From a bacterium (lineage in GTDB: Bacteria > UBA8248), in assembly GCA_965199855.1 (NCBI GenBank), contig OZ241326.1, positions 1,760,001 to 1,824,000 of the forward strand: a DNA stretch of 64,000 nucleotides. The letters run 5' to 3'. The notes beneath the pieces are model-generated. The model saw nothing but the letters and a program-made list of their open reading frames with translations, did not search any database and had not been told where the DNA came from. How positions within the stretch are numbered: position 1 is the stretch's first letter; each line of letters starts with the position of its first letter. Both the position numbers and the translations under genes were made by a program. Positions 59,112-64,000 of this stretch are shown piece by piece.

Positions 59112-59157
59112 GGATTCCGCAATCCCTTCGCCTTGTCGGGATTGACGCCGGAATGAC
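59112..59157. repeat. GGATTCC...GGAATGAC-type palindromic repeat (long form)
   Basis: Near-identical to 4669-4711, including the flanking AAAACAAT. Confidence 0.8.
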
Positions 59158-59180
59158 GGGTATGAAGCATATCATCGCCG

Positions 59181-60443
59181 TCACAAAAACTTTTTCAGAT
59201 AGTCCGCCGCTTCTTCCCGCTTCACCTCGGTTTGCCGGCTTTCGGCCATGTGGCGGACGCTCACCACGCCTTTTTTCACTTCCTCCTCTCCCAGCAGGAG
59301 CACGAAAGCGGCGCCCGAGCGATCGGCGCGCCGCATCTGGCTTTTCACGCTTCCTCCGCCGAAGGAGCGATCCGCGCGAATCCCGCGCGCGCGCAGCCCG
59401 GCGGCGAGCTCGAAGGCCTCCGCCTCGGCGGCCTCGCCCAGGGCGACGACGTAGGCTTCGATTCCCTCGGCCGGGGCGGGAGCGTTCTCGCCCGCCAGCT
59501 GCAGGAGGCGCTCCATGCCGATGGCGAAGCCGATGGCGGGCGTGGGGGGGCCGCCCAGCTCCTCCACGAGGCCGTCGTAGCGTCCCCCGCCGCACACCGC
59601 GTTCTGCGCCCCCAGGCTCTCGCTGGTCACCTCGAAGACGGTGTGGCGGTAATAGTCGAGGCCGCGCACGAGCCGCGGGTTCAGCTCGTAGGCGAGGCCC
59701 GCCCTCTCCAGAAGTCCGCGGACGCCGCCCAGGTGCGCCCGGCAGGAGTCGTTCCAGAATTCGTCTATCCTCGGCGCGCGCGCGATGATCTCCCGATGCC
59801 GCGGGTCCTTGCTGTCCAGAAAGCGCAGGGGGTTGCGCTCGACGCGCGCGGCGGCTTCGGCGCCGAGACCCTTGGCTTCCTTTCTCAGATATTCCCTGAG
59901 CGCGTCCGCGTAGGCCGGGCGGCACTCCGCGTCGCCCAGGCTGTTGAGCTGGAGCGCCAGCCCCTCGAGCCCCATCGCGCCCAGGAATTCCATCAGCATG
60001 ACGATGAGCTCGGCGTCCATCGCCGGGTCTTCGGTGCCGAAGGCTTCGGCGTCGATTTGATGGAACTGCCGCAGGCGTCCCGCCTGGGGGCGCTCGTAGC
60101 GGAACATGGGGCCGATGCAGAAGAGCTTGGAGACGCCGGGGCGGTTGTAGAGGCCGTTCTGCACGTAGGCGCGGCAGATGGAGGCGGTCGCCTCGGGCCG
60201 CAGGGTGAGGGAGTCGCCGCCCTTGTCGGTGAAGGTGTACATCTCCTTGGAGACGATGTCGGTTTCCTCGCCGATGCCGCGCGCGAAGAGCTCGGTGCGC
60301 TCGAAGGCGGGCACCCGCACCTCCCCGTAGCCGTAGCGCGCGAAAATCTCCCGCGCCAGCCGCTCGGCGCCCCGCCAGCGCGGCGATTCCTCCGGCAGAA
60401 TGTCCCTCGCGCCGCGCACCGCCGTGAACCTGGGCCGCGCCAT
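59181..60443 (-). CDS. hisS: Histidine--tRNA ligase
   Basis: KEMYTF, LRPEATA, FRYERPQAGR, LVRGLDYY, GGGRYD, GFAIGMER. Confidence 0.97.
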   Translation of the reverse strand: MARPRFTAVRGARDILPEESPRWRGAERLAREIFARYGYGEVRVPAFERTELFARGIGEETDIVSKEMYTFTDKGGDSLTLRPEATASICRAYVQNGLYNRPGVSKLFCIGPMFRYERPQAGRLRQFHQIDAEAFGTEDPAMDAELIVMLMEFLGAMGLEGLALQLNSLGDAECRPAYADALREYLRKEAKGLGAEAAARVERNPLRFLDSKDPRHREIIARAPRIDEFWNDSCRAHLGGVRGLLERAGLAYELNPRLVRGLDYYRHTVFEVTSESLGAQNAVCGGGRYDGLVEELGGPPTPAIGFAIGMERLLQLAGENAPAPAEGIEAYVVALGEAAEAEAFELAAGLRARGIRADRSFGGGSVKSQMRRADRSGAAFVLLLGEEEVKKGVVSVRHMAESRQTEVKREEAADYLKKFL

Positions 60444-60445
60444 CG

Positions 60446-61195
60446 CTATCCTCCGAAGGCCGCTTCGAGCAGGCGGGGAAGGGCTTCGCCCGAGGGCGCT
60501 TCCACCGCCTCGCTCATCCAGGGGCTGATTTCCGTCGGCTCGGGGTTCACCTCGAGCGTGAAAGCGCCGCCCCGCGCGGCGGCCATCGGCATGGAGGCGG
60601 CCGGCTGCACGACGGCGGAGGTGCCCGCCACGAGCAGGCAGTCGCAATCATTCACCGCGTCCATCGCCCGGCGCAACTGCTCGGGGTCGAGCGTCTCGCC
60701 GAACCACACCACGTGGGGGCGGAGGAAGCCGCCGCACGCCTCGCAGAGGGGCGGCAGGGGGGCCAGGGGAACGTCCCGGTTCTCCCACGGGCGCGCCGCG
60801 CGCCCGCAGCCCGGGCTCGCGCAGCGAACGCGCCAGATGTTGCCGTGCAGCTCCACGATTTCGCGCGTTCCGGCCGCGCGGTGCAGGTTGTCGATGTTCT
60901 GCGTGATGAGGGTGAAGCGCGCGAAGCGCTCCTCCATCGCGGCGACGGCGTAGTGTCCCGGGTTGGGCGAGAGGGGCGCGAGGACTTCGCGGCGATGGGC
61001 GTAGAACTCCCAGACGAGCCGGGGGTTCTCCCGAAAGGCCTCGGGCGTGGCGAGCGAGGTCGCGCTGCGGTTGCGCCAGAGGCCGCCCGCTCCCCGGAAG
61101 GTGGGGACGCCGCTCTCCGCGCTCACGCCCGCTCCGGTGAGGACGACGAGGGATTTCGCGCTCCTGAAAGCATCTATCGCCTTTGGGCTGAACAT
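60446..61195 (-). CDS. cobB: NAD-dependent protein deacylase (sirtuin)
   Basis: [44 protein letters not shown]. Confidence 0.93.
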   Translation of the reverse strand: MFSPKAIDAFRSAKSLVVLTGAGVSAESGVPTFRGAGGLWRNRSATSLATPEAFRENPRLVWEFYAHRREVLAPLSPNPGHYAVAAMEERFARFTLITQNIDNLHRAAGTREIVELHGNIWRVRCASPGCGRAARPWENRDVPLAPLPPLCEACGGFLRPHVVWFGETLDPEQLRRAMDAVNDCDCLLVAGTSAVVQPAASMPMAAARGGAFTLEVNPEPTEISPWMSEAVEAPSGEALPRLLEAAFGG

Positions 61196-61476
61196 GGGCG
61201 ATCTCCGCCGGCGCGCGACCCGGAGTCCGACGCCCGGAAGCGGCGCGGAGAGGGCGGGAAAAACCGCCGCGCATGGCTCGCGCGGGCCGGAAACAGGCGG
61301 GAAAGTAGCCCATTCCGTCCTCTCGGTGCAAACGGGCGGCGAAGTTGACACGCGGCCGGATGCCGCCTAGGTTTGGCGGGCTTTGGTTCCGGGAAAGCCG
61401 GGAGTTCGCCGGGTCGCCTCCTGCGAGGGGGAGGCCGCGACCGCTAGCGCGCAGTTCCGACCTTGGAGAATCCCTG

Positions 61477-63180
61477 ATGGCGCGAAACGGCTCCCAGGTC
61501 CTGCTGGACGCGCTTCGGGCGAACGGGACGGAATACGTTTTCGGCATTCCGGGGACGCTGACGCTGCCGGTCTATGACGCGATGATCGACGGCGCGGGCG
61601 CGGCGCCCATCGTCACGCGCCACGAGCAGGGCGCGGGCTTCGCGGCGGACGGCTACGCCAGGGTCTCCGGCAGGACGGGCGTCGTTTTCACCGTGCCGGG
61701 CCCGGGGGGCACGAACATCGCCACGGCGCTTCGCTCCGCCTGGGAGGACGGCGCGCCCGTGGTGGCCGTGACGGCCACGCTCGCCGACGACATGCGGAAC
61801 CGAAGCGCCATCCACGACGTGGACATGGAAAAGGCGCTCGCCGCCTGCGTCAAAAAATCGTTCACGCCCGATTCCGTCGCGGGCGTCGCCCCCGCCGTCG
61901 ACGCCGCGTTTCGGTGGGCGGCGGCGGGAAGGCCCGGCCCGACCCAGGTGGTGATGAAGGCGAACCTCTTTCGGGAGGAAGAGGAGAAGACGCTCGGCGC
62001 GCCCGAATTCGAGGCGCCTCCGCCCGCGCCGCCCGCGGATGAGCGCGCCCTCGATGAGATAGCCGGGATGCTTCTCGCGGCGAAGCGGCCCGTGATTTAC
62101 GCGGGGGGCGGCGTCGTGAGCGCCGGCTGCGAGAGACGGACGCAGCTTCTCGCCTCGAGGCTGGGCGCGCCCGTCGTCACCTCCATCAAGGGGCGGGGGA
62201 TTCTCTCCGAGGCGGATCCGCTCTCGTTCGGACTCGTCCATTTTCTGGGCTGCGAGGAGATGCTCGCGGAGGCGGACTTCTGCCTCGCGCTCGGAACGGG
62301 CTTCGGGCAGTTCGCCACCTTTTATTTCAAGGCGCCGATGACGAAGAACCTGGCGCAGATCGACATCGACCCCGCCCGCATCGGGCGGAACTATCCCGTC
62401 TCCAGAGGGTTGGCGAGCGATCTGCGGCCCGCGCTCGACGGCCTGCTGAAGCGCGTGGCGGAGGCGGAGGACGCGCCGCTCTCGGAGGGCCATGTCCGCG
62501 TGCGCGAGGGGAGGCGGCGATACGAGGAGAGGCTGCGGTCGTTTCTGGCGAAGCCGGCCGCGCCGCCGTTTCATGGCCTGTTCGTGATGAAGACGCTGCG
62601 CGAGAACACCCCGCCCGATACGATTTTCGTGTCCGATTCCTCCGCCACCCAGAGCTGGCTGATGGAGCAGGCGTTCACGATCTACCGTCCCCGAAGCATC
62701 CTGCTCTCCGAGGCCTATCAGTCGATGGGCTACGCTCTGGGCGCGGCCATCGGCGCGAAGCTCGGCGCGCCCGAAAGGCCGGTATGCGCCGTCGTGGGAG
62801 ACGGGAGCTTCACCATGGTCTGCGGCGAACTGGCGACGGCGACGGCGCTCGACCTCTCGCTCACCTGTCTCGTTTTCAACGATGGGGAATACAACGCGCT
62901 CAGGCACTCGCAGAAGCACGTGTTCGGGGAGCGCTACATCGCCACCTCGCTGAACAACCCCGATTTTCCCGCCCTGGCGCGCTCGTTCGGCGCGCATGGC
63001 CACCGCGCGGGTTCGGCGGAGGAGCTGCGGAGCGCCATCGTCGACGCCCGGGAGCGGGGCGGCGTTCACGTGATTGACTGCCCGATTGATCGGGACGCGC
63101 TCTCGGCGAGATGGGAGAGGACCGTCAAATCCTTCCGGGGAGGCGCCGCCACCGCGCCGCCACCTGACGCGCGCGCCTGA
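61477..63180 (+). CDS. Thiamine pyrophosphate-binding enzyme (acetolactate synthase-like)
   Basis: VFGIPG, RHEQGAGFAADGYAR, GPG.TN, GDGSF...FND, PDF. Confidence 0.92.
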   Translation: MARNGSQVLLDALRANGTEYVFGIPGTLTLPVYDAMIDGAGAAPIVTRHEQGAGFAADGYARVSGRTGVVFTVPGPGGTNIATALRSAWEDGAPVVAVTATLADDMRNRSAIHDVDMEKALAACVKKSFTPDSVAGVAPAVDAAFRWAAAGRPGPTQVVMKANLFREEEEKTLGAPEFEAPPPAPPADERALDEIAGMLLAAKRPVIYAGGGVVSAGCERRTQLLASRLGAPVVTSIKGRGILSEADPLSFGLVHFLGCEEMLAEADFCLALGTGFGQFATFYFKAPMTKNLAQIDIDPARIGRNYPVSRGLASDLRPALDGLLKRVAEAEDAPLSEGHVRVREGRRRYEERLRSFLAKPAAPPFHGLFVMKTLRENTPPDTIFVSDSSATQSWLMEQAFTIYRPRSILLSEAYQSMGYALGAAIGAKLGAPERPVCAVVGDGSFTMVCGELATATALDLSLTCLVFNDGEYNALRHSQKHVFGERYIATSLNNPDFPALARSFGAHGHRAGSAEELRSAIVDARERGGVHVIDCPIDRDALSARWERTVKSFRGGAATAPPPDARA

Positions 63181-63216
63181 CCCGGGGCGCATTCGGCGTG
63201 GGGGCGGCGGCCCTGT

Positions 63217-64000
63217 TCAGCGAGCGACGCCGGCGCGTCGGCCGCTCCCGCGATTCCGGGAAAATTCTTGCGGAATGCGGCGGCGAAACGCGACCCAGCG
63301 CGCCGCGCGGCTGCCGGGCCAGGCTTCCGCCGCGCGGAATCGCTCGACCGAAAGGCGCGCCTCCCGCGCCCCGTCCCCCGCGCTGACGCGCAGCATTCCG
63401 CCCCGCCAGGGGCGATAGACGCCCAGTTTTCTCTGCCGCCTGCTCGTTTCTCGCCAGACGTCCGGCCGCAGCCAGCCCACCCTTTGGGGAGCGGCGAGAA
63501 CGACATCGGGCTTTTGGGCCTCGAGCCAGTCCAGAACCCTCGCCTGTCTCAACAGACCCTCCGGCAGGCGCGCGAGGTCGTATTTTTTCCCCGCGAACCA
63601 TCGGGCGTCGAACGCCGGATATCTCGAGGGCAGCATGAGCAGCCAGCGGGAATGCGGGTTTTCGACCTCGAAGCCCATCGCCCCCTTTCTCCAGGAGCGG
63701 AGGGTTATCCGCGTCCCGCCTCCGGCCATGCTCCAGACGACGCGGGCCGAATTCCGCAGGCTCGCAAAGCGGTAGCGGGGCGGCGCGGAAGCGAGGAGGT
63801 CGCCGATGCGGTGGAGGCTCCTGACGCTTACGCCGGCGGCGAAATCGTTGGCGGCCAGCCGGTCTTTCTGGTAGCGGGAGCGGGAGAGCATGACGCTCCA
63901 GTTCGTCTCGCTTTCCCCGCGCATCAGGGGCGCGAGCACGCTTCCCCAGACGCTGAAGCCGCCGGCCCGGCTCCCGGAGGCGTCAACCGCGAGCCCCTTG
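63217..64000 (-). CDS. C-terminal part of a possible ComEC/Rec2-like protein (starts beyond window)
   Basis: LAVDASG....FSVWGSVLAPLMR resembles the start of the ComEC MBL domain, but the metal ligands are absent. Confidence 0.4.
   Translation of the reverse strand, partial: KGLAVDASGSRAGGFSVWGSVLAPLMRGESETNWSVMLSRSRYQKDRLAANDFAAGVSVRSLHRIGDLLASAPPRYRFASLRNSARVVWSMAGGGTRITLRSWRKGAMGFEVENPHSRWLLMLPSRYPAFDARWFAGKKYDLARLPEGLLRQARVLDWLEAQKPDVVLAAPQRVGWLRPDVWRETSRRQRKLGVYRPWRGGMLRVSAGDGAREARLSVERFRAAEAWPGSRAARWVAFRRRIPQEFSRNRGSGRRAGVAR

Noticed and set aside
60446-61195. Sir2 as an anti-phage (Thoeris/DSR-type) effector
   Set aside because: Ordinary CobB-type sirtuin with a Zn-binding module, next to hisS and without defence partners

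Overview
GC-rich bacterial chromosomal segment; the gene content would fit an uncultured, possibly host-associated lineage, but taxonomy cannot be fixed from this window. The core block is rimP-nusA-ylxR/L7Ae-infB-DUF503-rbfA-truB-rpsO-pnp, with miaB, hup, a UvrD-like helicase, ada, hisS, cobB and many metabolic genes elsewhere. Accessory DNA comprises three DNA-methylation/restriction loci: a solo MTase-HNH fusion, a BstYI-like Type II R-M pair with a low-GC DUF3644-like gene, and a fused REase-MTase plus S-subunit locus. Main observations: (1) the last locus is bracketed and interrupted by GTAG-type REP palindrome mosaics and contains a RAYT (TnpA-REP) HUH nuclease gene between two ~134-bp copies of the MTase 3' end; (2) an AhpD-like gene that the ORF track splits is better read as one CxxU selenoprotein with a SECIS-like hairpin; (3) an autotransporter has a 20 x 8-bp simple-sequence repeat in its 5' end (phase-variation candidate) and is also flanked by REP mosaics; (4) there are two REP families, with 21-bp periodic repeats and IHF-consensus sites beside them. 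No rRNA, tRNA or CRISPR array was seen. Product calls are from motif recognition by eye; no searches were run.
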